Assembly: GCA_028023455.1 (NCBI GenBank)
Contig: JAQFVV010000003.1
Location: 9,548,001 to 9,612,000 of the forward strand
Source: Epiperipatus broadwayi
Taxonomy: Eukaryota; Animalia; Onychophora
Length of the DNA stretch: 64,000 bases
Direction: 5' to 3'
Shown: piece by piece, positions 11,925 through 25,899 of the stretch
Position numbering within the stretch: the stretch's first letter is position 1
Layout of the letters: the number at the start of each line of letters is the position of its first letter
The notes under the pieces: model-generated
Seen by the model: the letters and a program-made list of their open reading frames with translations, nothing else
Told to the model about the DNA's origin: nothing
Databases searched by the model: none
Translations under genes and position numbers: made by a program

Positions 11925-13064
11925 ATATATATAAAAATAGAAAAAAATTAATGGTAAATACAATATTATAGTCTAAATTCTTTTGTAGCGCTTTCAATTA
12001 TGTGGTAATCCTCACCAGCTTTAACTGAATTTTAAATTTTTAAACTTAATGTTATGTATATTTCCATAAGCTGTGTATGGTCGTATTTGCAGCTTGCCTA
12101 TTAATAACATCATTCTTATATTTATCAATTAATATTGTCTTTTTAATTTTCCTTTTTTTATGATTTCTTTCTTCCATTAATATTTTTATTTCATTACTAT
12201 TAAATGTAAACTTATAATTACAACTTTTTTCATGGTCAAAGAATACTGAAGCTGTATTAAATTGACTACGTTATTTTTAATTCGATTATATAATAATTGA
12301 TGCTCCTTCAATCTTTTTTCCACAGAACATCTCGATTCACCGATATAAAATTTTTGACATCCACATGAAATTTGATAAATTATATTACTTCTTTGCAATT
12401 TAGGAATTATACTTTTAGAATTATTAATCAATCAATTAACATTTGGAGGAACACAAAATGAAATATTATACTTAAAGTATAATATTTCATTTTGTGTTCC
12501 TCCAAATGTTAATTGATTGATTTCATTTTGTGTTCCTTCAAATGTTAAACGATTGATTAATAATTCTAAAAGTATAATTCCTAAATTGCAAAGAAGTAAT
12601 ATAATTTATCAAATTTCATGTGGATGTCAAAAATTTTACATCTGTGAATCGAGATGTTCTGTGAAAAAAAAGATTGAAGGAGCATCAATTATTATATAAT
12701 CGAACTAAAAATAATGTAAATAATCAATTTAATACAGCTTCAGTATTCTCTGACCATGAAAAAACTTGTAATTATAAGTTTACATTTAATAGTAATGAAA
12801 TAAAAATATTAATGGAAGAAAGAAATCATAAAAAAAGGAAAAATAAAGCAGCAATATTAATTGATAAATATAAGAATGGTGTTATTAATAGGCAAGCTGC
12901 AAATATGACCATACGCAGCTTATGGAAATATACCTAACACTAAGTTTAAAAATTTGAAATTCAGTTAAAGCTGATGAGGATTACCACGTAATCGAAAGCG
13001 CTACAAAAGAATTTAGACTATAATATTGTATTTACCGTTAATTTTTTTTCTATTTATATATATA
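11925..13064. mobile_element. Head-to-head palindromic Penelope-like insertion B (GIY-YIG fragments)
   Basis: Apex ATATTATACTT-A-AAGTATAATAT (1-nt spacer at 12474). ORFs 12186-12431(-), 12517-12699(+) and 12674-12937(+) carry IYQISCGCQKFYIGESR...KEH. 36-bp tandem duplication at 12484-12555 in the right arm. Confidence 0.93.
12971..13003 (+). ncRNA. Hammerhead-like core in PLE tail (decayed mirror copy at 11986-12018, minus strand)
   Basis: CTGATGA-G-GATTAC(CAC)GTAATC-GAAA-GCGC-TA. Core and stem II are intact, but stem I is not complementary beyond 1 bp. Confidence 0.5.
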
Positions 13065-15012
13065 GATGAAGGGCTTCATGGTTAGCATTTCCATTTGCCA
13101 TGTTCATAACCTAGGATTTAAATGTAAATCTGGTTGATACTTAGAATATTTTTTTAGATAACTGTTGATTTCCAAGCAAGCTTAGGATTTTTTTTAGATA
13201 GTTGGACTATAACCAAACTAGATACCCAATAAATTGTTAATCAATAAATAGACATCTAGCCATAGAGGCATATTTTATCTAAATATAAAGACATACTTTT
13301 TTTATTTTTTATTGTAGTATATAAAATGTTTTATTCAAATTAAAAGCTGAATATAATAAGGTGCATTGCATCTTTCAATAGTAAGAATTTTTTTTTACTC
13401 ATAATCTGAACCAAAGCATTTATTTATTCAAGATTCCTATATCATAGTAACACCTGTTTACTAATACTATTAATGTTTGTAAGAACTAGCTTCATCAAAT
13501 TTTTTGTATAATATTCTTGAAGTAGTTTATTTACCAGAACCCATACATTGGTTTATAATTAAGCTGCATTAAATAGATATGCAGTTTGTATGCGTATATG
13601 TTTATTAAAGGATATTTTTGGTTGTTAAAAAAAAAAAAATGTCTACATCTACTTCCAACAATAATTTGGAAATATATGTTCATTTATTTTTAATATATAA
13701 ATATGAATGATTAATATTTTTATTATATAACAATTAATATCACACTTATTTTTCATAAGAAATTTCATTTTATCAAATAGTCACATAAACATGCAGGATA
13801 CAATGATGTTTGATAACAAAGATTTGAAATATTTATTACCATAAATTTTAAAAATATTTGATTAGATCTATCTTTGTTTTAAATACAGGCAAGTTGGTAG
13901 AGTTATGTTATGATTATGATATACTTTAATATTAGCTTTTTTATTCAATAAAACCTTTATCAATTTTTAACTTTGTTTAAAATTGTATATCTCTTAATCA
14001 AATCTAATTCCCCAAATTGTGATTGTACAATTCTTTAAAAAATAAATTTTCATACTGTACATTCATAATATAGTGGCAAAATTATCTACATTAAAAGTTA
14101 ATGATATTGAGTCTTATTAAAATTTATGATTTACAGTATTTCAAATATTAATACGATAAAATGATCAATTATAAGAAAATGGTAAAGCAATGGCAAACTA
14201 TCACTGATGATAATCCAGGATTATTTTTTGATCATACCATTTTATTATCTAGCTATCCTATCTGCTTTGATTTAAGTGCAACAGTAGTATTTTCTTAATT
14301 AAATGCTGTAATTGAATGTGATATATTAAATATTTTATGCAATTGAGTGCAGTGATAAATCAATGAACTCAAGGGCTAGAGATGTTGAATTGAAGATCAG
14401 TTTGTCCCCTGACACTTAAAGCTAATGTGATCTATTTTTTTATTATTATTTTCAGATAGGAAACTTAACACAAAATAAATCAGTAATAAAATTAGCTATA
14501 TTTGGAATACAAAAATGCGTAGCAATATCCTAATATAAGTTTTCTTGAACTATAAAATAATTATTGGTTTCATTATTTTTATTATTGTTTTAATTAAATA
14601 TAATTTTTTTTATTCCAACTCATTTGAATTCATTATTTTGACAATGTGGCCATTCATTTAAAAAAATAGTCAAACATTCTATTTGATATTTTTATGCAAC
14701 GTAAAGACATCTCCAGTAACCCTCATCAGAAATGGTGAAGTAGAAAGTAAAACTCAACAGATTTTCCAAGTACTGGTTATGAGAGGTTAAGCATTTTTCT
14801 ATCTTTTTTTTACCCCTGGTTAAGGATAGTTTGTTATTCTTTTTGCCAATCAATATTGGATGGACTACTGAGCTGATTATGCAGCTACCTGAGACAAAAA
14901 TTTTTATCCAAGTAATATCTCATGTAAAATTACAATAAACTATAGCATGCTATTATTTATACCAACAAAATCATTTAAAAGTTTTATATTTTCTTCTAAT
15001 CTTATTTTAAAA

Positions 15013-15154
15013 CAGGTAAAACTCTCCTTACAGTAGTGCCACTCAGTGCAAGCCAGAATAATCAATGAATGCCAGAAGGCTTGTGAATAAAATCCCCATC
15101 TAGTGCCTACTCATCCAATATCTCCAGACACTACTCTAAGAAGAGTTTTTCCTG
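15013..15154. mobile_element. Short MITE, probably hAT
   Basis: ~26-bp TIRs CAGGTAAAACTCTCCTTACAGTAGTG / CACTACTCTAAGAAGAGTTTTTCCTG; flanks TTTTAAAA and TTTTAACA (7/8). Confidence 0.7.
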
Positions 15155-15524
15155 TTTTAACAACAGTTATGACCAAGCATAAGAAATAGTGATCATGTAA
15201 TATTTAGTGGTCTAATCTTATTTTTTAAATGCTCTTAAAATTTATGAATTTTTAAAACAAAAATCCATTTAGTTCTAAAGGTGCACTTGAGATATATTCT
15301 TTGAAGTTTTAGCTAAAATTAAAGCTTTGCTCTGATTTAAAACAGTTTATTTTAACATACAGCTACAAATCTTTTTATTCAGTATTTAACATATATTATT
15401 AATAAGTTGAAATAGATATTTATTGTGTTTTTTTCTAAAGAATAATAAGCTTAAAATTTCTTAATTCATGGATTATGTGTAAATGGATTCATAACCAAAG
15501 CATTAAACATTCATTTATTGTTTT

Positions 15525-18100
15525 ATCATAATCATCGTACACCTGATCTGTCAATTGAACAATGGGTGACAGTGTAGATGAATTATCTCCAGACTGTTCT
15601 CTATCTTCCTGCATCTCTCCAAAATTTGTCAATCCCATCCATTTTGTAATGTTATCTATCCATGACCTTATTGATCATCCTCTTCCTCTTGATTCATTTA
15701 CCATACCAAATAATATTCATTTTCAAGTATTCTAAAATAACTAGCCACATTTCCAAAATGATGTAATTTTCTCTGTCTAATCATTTCCAACAGTTGCCTT
15801 TTTGTAGTAACTTTTTCAAAACCCATTCTCTTAGTTTGTCCAAGGTATTTTTCTATAACACTTTGCTTCAAAAGCCTCAATTTGGTTCTGACCTGCTTCA
15901 ATGTCCATGTCTTACATCCACATACTGCAATGAGCCATATTAAAGCTTTCAATAATTACACTTTAATCACAATGTTTATGACTGATTTTCATATAAACAA
16001 TAATTTTGTGAATGTTTTAGTGTCAACAATATTTACAATTATTCTCGATTTATTCTGGAATCCAAATTGTCAAACTCCAAAACCTATTTCATCCAATTTT
16101 CCATTCACTTTTATTTCTGCTATGTCTTCATTCAATTACATTATCTTTGTTTTGCCTGTATTTAGCCTTAATCCAAACTCTGTTTCTGTTCTTACCAAAT
16201 CTATCAGTTCATGTAATTAATTCTCTGCTGTTACAATTAAAACTACATCATTTGTATATCACAAATTACATACTCATCTTTTACCAATACAAAATTCATG
16301 TTGAAAACATCTCTCATTGCCTCCTACAATATTGAATAAGCAAGGTGCCAACACACAGCTCTGCCTCAAACCCATGAGAATTTATTTGTATCACTCTCAC
16401 TGTAGTTTTTTGTCTCAATATAAGAATGGTAACAGCTTTATTAAATATGGAGAATGTCCCATATCTAACATAACTTTTCAGAGTTTATCATGATACATAT
16501 AATCAAAAGCTTTCTGATAATATATATAAAACAGAGATATAGTGGCTAATAAAATTATCTAGTTTTATTGAGAATATTGTTCAAGTTAATTATTTAATCT
16601 TTTGTTTTTCATTGTGGTCTAAAACCTGCCTATTTTTACATCAACTCATATGTAGCCTTTGTGTGTATTCTATCCAAATTATCCTCAATATTATTCTGAT
16701 AGAATGCGAAACTAGAGTTATTGACCTATCACAATGATTGAGATCTCTGTTTTGTTTTTTTGGTATTGGCACAAATATTGCTACAATTAAGTTCTCAGGA
16801 CAAACTCCATTCTTACATACAGCCAATATTAATCTGCTGCAATCCCATTCTCAGAACAAATGTCATTCTTTCTTATAGCCAATATCAATCTGTGTAATTG
16901 ATTTGCAATTACATCTCCCATTACAAGTACTTCACCTGTTTCTGATGATATTCTACTGGAAATTCTTGATATAGTTCTTACTACTTCTCTTTTTAATTTT
17001 CAGTTGAATTCACATTTTGCACCTAGTAAATCAAATATTATTTTGTCAATTTTGTACAAGTTTTCAAAAAACCCTTTTCATTAACTAACCACTTTTTCTG
17101 GATCTATCAGCAATCCACCAGCCTTAACTTTTATCATTATCAATCTGTATAAATATTTGCTTAGTACTGCCACACCTACTTTTTAAGTTTCATACATAAG
17201 TTGTTTATGCAATTTTGATTATCTCTTCTCATTTTCTTCTGTCCCTCTCATTTAAATTTTGCATACTGTTGTGTACTTATGCTATCATCTGTGCCTATTT
17301 CACTGTGTTCTGTGACAATCTATATAATACATTGTTACAAACTTGAATTTCAATTTAACATGTTTATTAGTCATATATACATATATTTAAGGTTAGGTTA
17401 GTGCAGAAGTATACTGTTCATAGTTCCACTATCATTTCTCAAGTTATGTGTACATAACAGAAAATTGTGTGGTTGACACTATCTGTCCAATCCTGATTGC
17501 TTAGTATCATCTGCTTCCTATTTGTATCACTTCCATGTAATGGAGAGTTTTGCTACAGGTAATTTTGAAAACTCTATCAAATTGTACTTTACTCTTCTCT
17601 GTACACTCGTTTCACTTTTGCTGTCAGTCTTTAACAGGTATGGCTAATGTTGAACACTACCTGCAAAGTTATAACATATATATTTGCATGTAATGTAAAG
17701 ACTTAATACTATGTATTACTTTACTTCTCTTCAGAGTTCAAGGTAGATTTGTCTAATCCTTCCATTGTGATATCCAGCTGCATGTCTTTGCACCTTGATT
17801 GAGTCATCTTCTGATCCACTTATTCAATAATCAGCTTATACAATATACTTAAGGCTGTACTATGTCTCTATAGCATTTATTCTATCTGCTGTGTTATCTG
17901 CTACTTGCTGCATACCATTATGTTTCTGTGATGAGTGTGCTACTTCTGCACTGCTTCATATTCTTTTTTGTATTCTGTGTGTTCTCTCCTGTGCTCTGGG
18001 TGTACTCCCCTGCTATTTTTATTACAGAGAGTTTATACTGTCTGTGTAAATTTGCCATAAATGTGAACCATCTTCCACTACTTCTATTACAGTTCTAGTT
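15525..18100 (-). mobile_element. RTE-clade non-LTR retrotransposon, decayed
   Basis: APE remnants (~17.0-17.6 kb), IFVPIPKK...RSITLVSH (16641-16826), KALIWLIAVCGCKTWTLK...RQRKLHHFG (15698-15952), and a (GAT)n-like tail at ~15525-15537. The 5' boundary is uncertain. Confidence 0.85.
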
Positions 18101-18221
18101 GCATTTCTTGCAACTATTAGTTTTGCCTTTGGATAAATTCATTAACATTTTATTAGAATTATTATAAAGCCTTTATTCATGTATAACATAACAATATATA
18201 TAATAATTTTTATATATAACA

Positions 18222-20570
18222 TTCCTCTCCCTTGATTTAAATTAATTCGTTAATTTCCTTCATTAATTTTAGATAGGGAGCTTAATACACTGTTTTTAAG
18301 GTACTTGGGTGATCTATGGACTTCTTGGCTTGACTTTGCTCTGTTTTTAACTCTTTATTATTTTTTTGTCCTCTTAATGGCTTTTCTGAATTTTTCTGTC
18401 TTTTGTTTTTCTATAACTATGTATTTTCCTTTTTGTCCTATTACCATTAATATCCCATCTGTTTTCAGATATATTTACCTGAGTACTTTGGTATTTTTTT
18501 ATTTCTTAAATTCCTTTTTTTTTTTCTCATGTACACAAAATTTTACTATGTCTGATAGATGGTGTATATTTTTCTCAAACATCAGTTTGCTTGGAGATTT
18601 TCCTTCTTGCAGTTAGATAGCATTACATGTTGATGAAACAATATTCTGTTTAATTTCATTTGCCAATCATTTCTTCTAGCTTTTAACAGTGCTCTCTTTA
18701 CCTCCTAAACATTTATTTTTACCAGTCCATTACCTTCTGGATTAAATAGAGGAGTCATATTTTACATTGACTATTTGCAAAAGCTATTCCATTATTAAAG
18801 ACAATCATCTCTGGAATGCCAAATATTACAAATGCTCTATTATTGAGGCTGAGTCTATTTTGTTTGCTATATATATTTTTAATCATTTGATATACACCTT
18901 GTAAATTATTAGAAAGCATTTGTTTTTCCAAAGGCCTGTGTCATCTATATGTATTCTTTATCAAGGTCTTGTAACTTCTGCCCAAGCTGCATCCCTAATT
19001 GTAGGAGATAAATTTAACCTTGATTTATACTTATAGTATTGCTGAATACAGTATTACTCTCAAACCCTTTAAAATGCAATTTTGCTGCATTGATAATTCC
19101 TTTTGGCTCTGCCAAATTACCTCATATACTGCTGATGGTCTATCTTGGCCATCCTTCATGAATCCATTTTTGTAGAACTCTATACTCCTCATGACTCTTT
19201 GTCCCTGTTGAAATTATACAGCTATTAATAAATTCACTGTTCACTAACTCTACCATATTTATAACTAACTCTTTTCTATCTATAACTTTGGATGAGTCTG
19301 AAATCTGCTAAGTGTGCTAACCTGATGAATATGTTTAGCTTCAATGTTAATTAATTTCTGTGCTACTTTTCTATTATGCATGACTGGAATTTGACTACTT
19401 ACTTGAAATTGTTAATTATATTTATATGTAGCTTAACTAGGGACCCATTAAATTTGCCTCAACTTTATTTAAAAACCTCTGAATAATCTCTTATACATTT
19501 CAAACCCTTGTCATTATTTACAATTGTGTTTATATGTACTTTACCAGAACCTAGGGATTCAAACCAATTCCTGCCCAGAACATTACTGTGATCTTCCATT
19601 ATTACCAATAGAGGCAGTTGTGCTATTGTTAACCTTAATTTTTCCTAACAAGTTTATTGACTTTCCTTGATAATCACAAATTTTCCTTGAAGTCAGCACT
19701 AATTTTATTTTTTATACTTAGTTATTTCTTTCCAGTATTTCTTCGAAACTAACTAGAATGCCATTAATTTTTATCATGTCTGAGAAAACTAACTTTATCT
19801 TTTTTATTCCTTATCATATTCATGCTAAACATATCTTTCTTTTTGTAATCTTTATAATTCTTTTCTCTTATTTTTATTATTTCCTTGACTTGCTTTACTT
19901 ATATTTGAGTCCTGTGTAGATTTTTTTGGAGTCCTGTGCCCTTTTAATAGTCTGTATGGCATTTTAATGTTGCCCTGATTTTTTACAGTGAAACAAATGC
20001 TTTCTTTAAATCTACATGTCATGATTATGATCACCATTACATCTAAAGCATCTATAGTTCATGAAGTTTTTGTTCTTATCCTTTTCCCCTATTGGCTGAT
20101 GCTGCCATATGGCTGTTATTTAATGATTTCTGTCAACTAAAACTGATGATTGTATGAATGCCTCTTCACTTAATTTCACTAAATGTAACTGTTTGTCAAA
20201 TATTTCTGAATTATCTGTCCATCATGCTAGTATATTTGTGTTTTGCCTTGCCACAAATGAATCTGTGTTTTAATGCTTCATCTAAGAAAGTACCAAAATC
20301 ATGTTTGTTTGCCTGATTGTTTAGCTATGTATTCTATTACTATATCATTCTCTAATTGGTTGCAAGAATGAAATTTATATCTTTCCATTACTGTAATTGG
20401 TCTTGGCAAAAAATAATGTTCTAGAATATCTATAGTGATCTTAAATGTTAAGTCTGCTATTTCCATGGGGGTACCTAAGTTATTAAAATCCTATATGTGA
20501 ATGCTTCACTTAAACTCACAAAAGTTGCTAATCTTAATTTTGGCTTAACTCTAAGCTATATATAGATATT
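18222..20570 (-). mobile_element. Ty3/Gypsy LTR retrotransposon relic (gag-pro-IN, polypurine tract)
   Basis: gag ...HYFLPRPITVMERYKFH...LDEALKHRFICG; zinc knuckle CFRCNGDH...CRFKESIC; VLGRNWF linker; IN FGIPEMIVFNNG and NPEGNGLV; PPT AAGGGAGAGGAA (18222-33) followed by TGTTATA (3' LTR start). Confidence 0.8.
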
Positions 20571-20590
20571 TAGTGCCGTATATATATATA

Positions 20591-21700
20591 TGTCTAGAAT
20601 GTAAAAAGATAGTGTAATTAGAAGTAAAATGTATGCTAAAGTTAAAAGAAATAAAGTATTACAAAGTTTCAAATGTTAAAGATTAAAATGTTGATAGGCA
20701 GTTCCAGATTAGAAAACAATTACTTAAAAAGATAAGGAACAATAATATCATTGGGAAGATATAAAAGCTCATAGATAAGGGGAATCAAGATCTAGTCTAT
20801 ACATTCACATTGTTGGATTTGATCGTGTTTATATGAAGATATAGAATGGTCGAGTGTAAGGAGGACTGCAGTGATCCAGTAAATTTCACCACTAAGGTGC
20901 AAAAGTGGACCCTGAGACTATACTGTCCACACCAGCTTTATTATGTTTTAATTTTTACCTATGTGTAATGATATAAATTGGAATGTATATTAAGCATTGT
21001 TAGTTAAATTTCATTATTGCTAACTTATGGCAATAAAGTCAAAGTTTTAGTTATAAAAAAACTGTTTCAAATTATTTTGCTTCTGTGTGTCTGACTGTCT
21101 TTACCATGACTGTAGCATTCATAGTGATTGTATGTAGCAGAAAACTGGCACAGTCCATTACAGGATTGAAATCAAATTGCAATTTTATAGTCAGAGATAG
21201 GATTTTGATCAGTAGCTAGAACTTTGTAGACAGTAAAAACATTCTTAAATTACCATTATATATAGTGCATAATGGTCTTAACTCTATTATAGGTAGGTAT
21301 TGGTTCGATGCTCTGGGAATAGAAGTAGGTTATGATTTTGAGCCAAATTTTAAAAAAGGAAATGTCATTAAACATGTAGATGTGCTGTCAAAAGTACCAA
21401 TTAAATCAACTCCACAGGAACTTGATCCAACCATTGACTACATAAACAATTCTAATAATATAGTAATAGATAATAAAAAAGGTAGTTGGTTGAGCAAACG
21501 CAAGCATGGATATAAACTATTGATCAAGTAGATCAGCAAATGCTGGCTCAGAAGTTGGTCTGAGATGCTTTATATAGCTATATGGGGTATAAGAGAAAAA
21601 CTGTCTATAAATAAGGAAGCATGTTGATGGGTGATAGAATATTGATATCCAGTAGTGATCATCATCAAGTTCTTCAGCTTATTCATCAAGATCATCTTTT
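20591..21700 (+). mobile_element. Internally deleted Ty3/Gypsy element: putative 5' LTR (~20591-21139), PBS (21146), pol fragments
   Basis: TG...CA segment with AATAAA; PBS-like TGGCACAGTC; then SIIGRYWFDALGI, HVDVLSKVP, GDRILI...VLQLIHQDH. Confidence 0.65.
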
Positions 21701-24010
21701 ACTTTTTTTTTCTCAAATGAACATTAGTTTTATAAGCTGGTTCTGCTATCTTATGGTGAACAATCAGTCTTACTGATGTAGTTATTTAATTGGATATTTA
21801 TGCCTTTGGCTTTTTTATTTTACATTATTGTTGTTTTAATAATCAACGGTATGATATTCCAAATCCAATTTAGAGAGCTCTATAGTTAGGCAAATTCATT
21901 ATTAAAGGTGAGCTTATGATCGAGTCCACAACAATTTTAATTTAATATTTTCAATGCCAAATCATCCTTGAAGGAAATAAACTGAATTCCTTTTTATTCA
22001 TTTTGAATGAATATCTAAATTTATTTTTTCAGACAGAAATAGTGGAAGAGGGGGGGGGGTGGACTGATAAAGAATACTATCAGATACTCTTTAAATTTCC
22101 AATTCCAGAATAGTTATGGCTATAATTCTTCTTAATTTAAAATAATGTGTACTTTTTTTTTTTTGAAAAATAATAGGTTAATTACGAAACGGAATGGTCT
22201 CATGAATGAGGTGGATTAAATTTATACGATTTCAAATTCAGGCAGAGTTTGGAAATTATTTTAGATAAATGAGGATTTTTCAAACAAGTTAGAATTTTTT
22301 TTAGAAAGTTGGTCTATAATCATTCGAACTATTCACCTACTACTAATTTTTAAATAAACATCCAATTACTTTTAGCTAGCAAATAACGATTTCAACATAA
22401 TCTGTTTGGTCAGATGAGTGCCAAAACTTAAGTCATAAACAAAAATTATGATAATTTGTCATTGATGAAGAAGACAATTAATTGTCTTTATATAATAAAT
22501 ATCTTCATTAACGATGACATTATTTTCAAAGTGAACTATTGATCGAGAATACAAGATTCCATCAGTGAGTTACAAAAGTTACAATCAGGATAAATTATAA
22601 GTGACATATATACTTAGATATAGACCACTTACAGATTGATGTCAGATGTATAGAACAAAGACTATAGAAGATTACAGTTGAGTTATAGGAGATCCTGAAG
22701 TATTTTTATTAGATCGTTATTATTACTCGTAGACATCATCAAGTTGACATTAATTCCTGACAGATAATATATAGCATTTCTTCAAAATGATATTGATTTG
22801 TTTGATTTTTCACTTTTCTCAATTGAAATGATGAAGTGTATCAATTTTCTTGCTATTTTTTTTTCCTTGTTGCATCTCCAATGCATTTATTGTAAATATA
22901 TATATAATTCTATGCTGAAACTCATAGTTGAGTATTTTTTGCTTTAACAAAATTGAAGAGAGAACTAATTGGAAAAGATTGTAAATTTAAATATGTCTTA
23001 GCTATTAGTAAATACATGTCCATATATTTTGATATGCAAAAAAAAAAAAATTCAGTTTTGTTTTATATTTGAATGTTTGAAATAATATTTTTAAAAACAG
23101 AAATTAAGTATATATACATATATACACACAGGCACTCATATATAATTAAACAAATTAGAAAGCTCATATTGGAACTTAATATATAATACAATATCTGAGT
23201 ATACCATTACAGTTATCTTTAGCCCTGAAAATAATATAAATGTCCTAAAAGTATATTAGATGTAATTATATAAAATAAATTTACTCTATAAAGTGGTATA
23301 ATCTTTCTAGTTTACTTAATTATATATTCTTTATAGTTCTTTAGTATTAATTATATGTATGTATATTTATGTAGGACCCCATAGTGCAAAGTTAACCGAT
23401 CCATGTAGTTTTCCAATGTGGGTCAATAAATAGGTATTTAGCTACTGTTATGTGGAGGGTGAAATAAACAAAGAAAATCAAATTCTCTAGCAATTGACAA
23501 GCTTGGGATTAATGCTTTTTTCTTTACTGTTTCTGTATGAGAAGCTTTTGGAGAGTCCTTTACCTTTTCATGAGCTGTTTATCTTTTCATCATTTCTTAG
23601 ATGAAATGTTATCTATATATAATTTTAAAATTTGAAACTTTTGTGTAGATGGCCAAAAAATATTTTATCAAGTAGTAGTATACCATTTGTTCTTAAATCA
23701 TGTTGATTGTCATATTATTTTACTGCATATTTTGAAACAAGTGTATTGTTTATTCATACATCCAAATATATAGAAATTCTTGTGTTATTTAGTAGAAAGA
23801 GCTAGGATTTCATTGTAATCATCCAACTTAGTTTTATATACATTTGTAAAATATTTACTTGCATTGAAATTAAAATATAATTTACTTTTCTTGTAAGCAA
23901 TCGGTAAAAAAAAAAGTCGCTATTTTAGCAATATTTTAGCATTCAAAACGTATATATATATTAATTTACTGTTGTATTTTCGTTATTGTTTTGTTTTCTT
24001 TTCTTTTTAG

Positions 24011-24086
24011 AATTCAACTTTATGATTTTCAAGGCATGTGTCCTAGACATATAGACAAATCAAGTGATGGGCCAATATTTTTTAAT
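24011..24086 (+). CDS. CACNA2D: alpha2/delta exon c (E-IQLYDFQGMCPRHIDKSSDGPIFFN)
   Basis: ttctttttag|...|gtaagt; phase 2 entry fits exon b; YD(Y/F)Q..C motif. Confidence 0.95.
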
Positions 24087-24835
24087 GTAAGTCAAGTTTT
24101 TTTTTTTTTTCCTTAATAATTTTTATCCATTTTTTTTTTTCTAAAAGTATTTCTCTTCCATATCCAAATTACCTTTTCTTTTCCCTCTACCATCTATTTT
24201 CCAATCTAACTTTATGTCTCCTGCTCAAATTTCTTCTTTCTAATTTTATATAACAATTAATGAAATATTTAATTAAACATTTTACTTAATTTCAATTACC
24301 AACATATTAAATGTTTGCCTTAATTAAAAAAATTATTTCAGTATTTGAAATTTTTATTCTAATTTCTTGCTTCTTATTAGTGCTATATATCATAAATCTT
24401 TCCTGCAATTTCTTTGTTATCTCAACCTTTCCTCTACTTTCAATTTTTAATTTTAAGTACTTTTACTTATTTAAAATTAATTTAAAATTTATCACTTACT
24501 ACTTTATATTAATTTAATTTACAAATGTTGCTTTATTAGCTTGCCATTCTTGGAACAATAATATCTTCAAATTCTTGTTATTAAATTTAATTAATATTCA
24601 TTTTTGTTTTTGATTAGTATTTTTTTTTTTTGAGAAAAGAATTTTAAACGAACAATTAAAATTTGCTCATTTTCATGCTATAAATTGAATCTGGTTTTCC
24701 TGAATAAAAATTTAGTATTTTAAAGATTAATGTAATTAGAAGAGACCTGAACTCAGACTTTCAAACTTCCTACAGCTGTCCACTCCATTTTATACAACTG
24801 ATACATATAATCACATACATGTGAAAAATATAAAC

Positions 24836-25040
24836 ATCTCTGATATACATATTTTGTGCTAAACAAGCACTCATCAGTTGGTCAAGATCACCATTTCCCA
24901 CACATATATACAATCAGTGCTCAGTTTATATTAAGATAGCATATATCAAGTGAGAACTTATTGTATATATGTATGGAAAATGGTGATCTGGACCAACTAA
25001 TGAGTGCTGGTTCAGCATGAAATATACATATATTGGAGAT
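24836..25040. repeat. Foldback (~79-bp inverted arms, ~46-nt spacer)
   Basis: AGCACTCATCAGTTGGTCAAGATCACCATTT...ATATACAAT vs ATTGTATAT...AAATGGTGATCTGGACCAACTAATGAGTGCT. Confidence 0.8.
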
Positions 25041-25899
25041 CAAGGATTATAAATATTAAACAATCAAATGGCTTATTTCTTGGTAATTCATAATAAATTT
25101 GAGCACAAAAGTTTAGAATTAGTTGTGGTCTATGGATCTTAATAGTCTTCCATTCAATCATTGCACTAAACTACACAAAAATCATGATATTTTTAGATAA
25201 AAGGCTTAAATTAATAATAGTTGGGATCATTTTAAAGATATCTTCATACATATCTAAATAGAATAAACTTACTAACAAATACTGTCTAGTAGATCACAAG
25301 TGATTGAGAAAGAAATATATTTGTTTTATTGATCTTGAATAAGCCGTTGTTAAGAAAATGAGAAATAAAACAAGTAGTATTTCAAATAGTTAAAAAAAAT
25401 ACTTTGTCAAATATATATTGTAATGGATGCTTAAAACACCATTACAAAGTTGAAGTTTTATAGGGGTGAAGAAAATATTTTTTTATAAGTTTGGTTGTTT
25501 GTAAAACTTGATTAAAAGTTTTGCTTTTTTTTTTATTTTTATGTTTGTACAAAAGTATATGTATGTACGTGGGAATTATATTTTAATACCACAGCTATAT
25601 TTAGTTTTTACTTTTGAAAAAAAAAGAGACTAAGATTACTTTTTTTTTTTTAATTATGTAAAAGTAAATTGTATAAATAAATTGCTTTTCAGATTTAGGA
25701 TTTAGATTGATAAGAATAATTAATTAAAAAGAAAGAAAAGAAAAAGGTAAGAATTTTTCATTTGTTAATCTCTAGATCTGTAAAAGGCAATTTATTTTCT
25801 TTAATTAGATAGCTATTGTTAGCTAGTTGAAGAATTTTATGAATTTTAATTTTAAAAAAAAGAAGAAGAAAGTTTTGTAATTGGTTCAGATATGAGAGA

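Noticed and set aside
18305-18616. 103-aa hydrophobic + strand ORF
   Set aside because: Antisense shadow of the Lys-rich end of the minus-strand Gypsy element.
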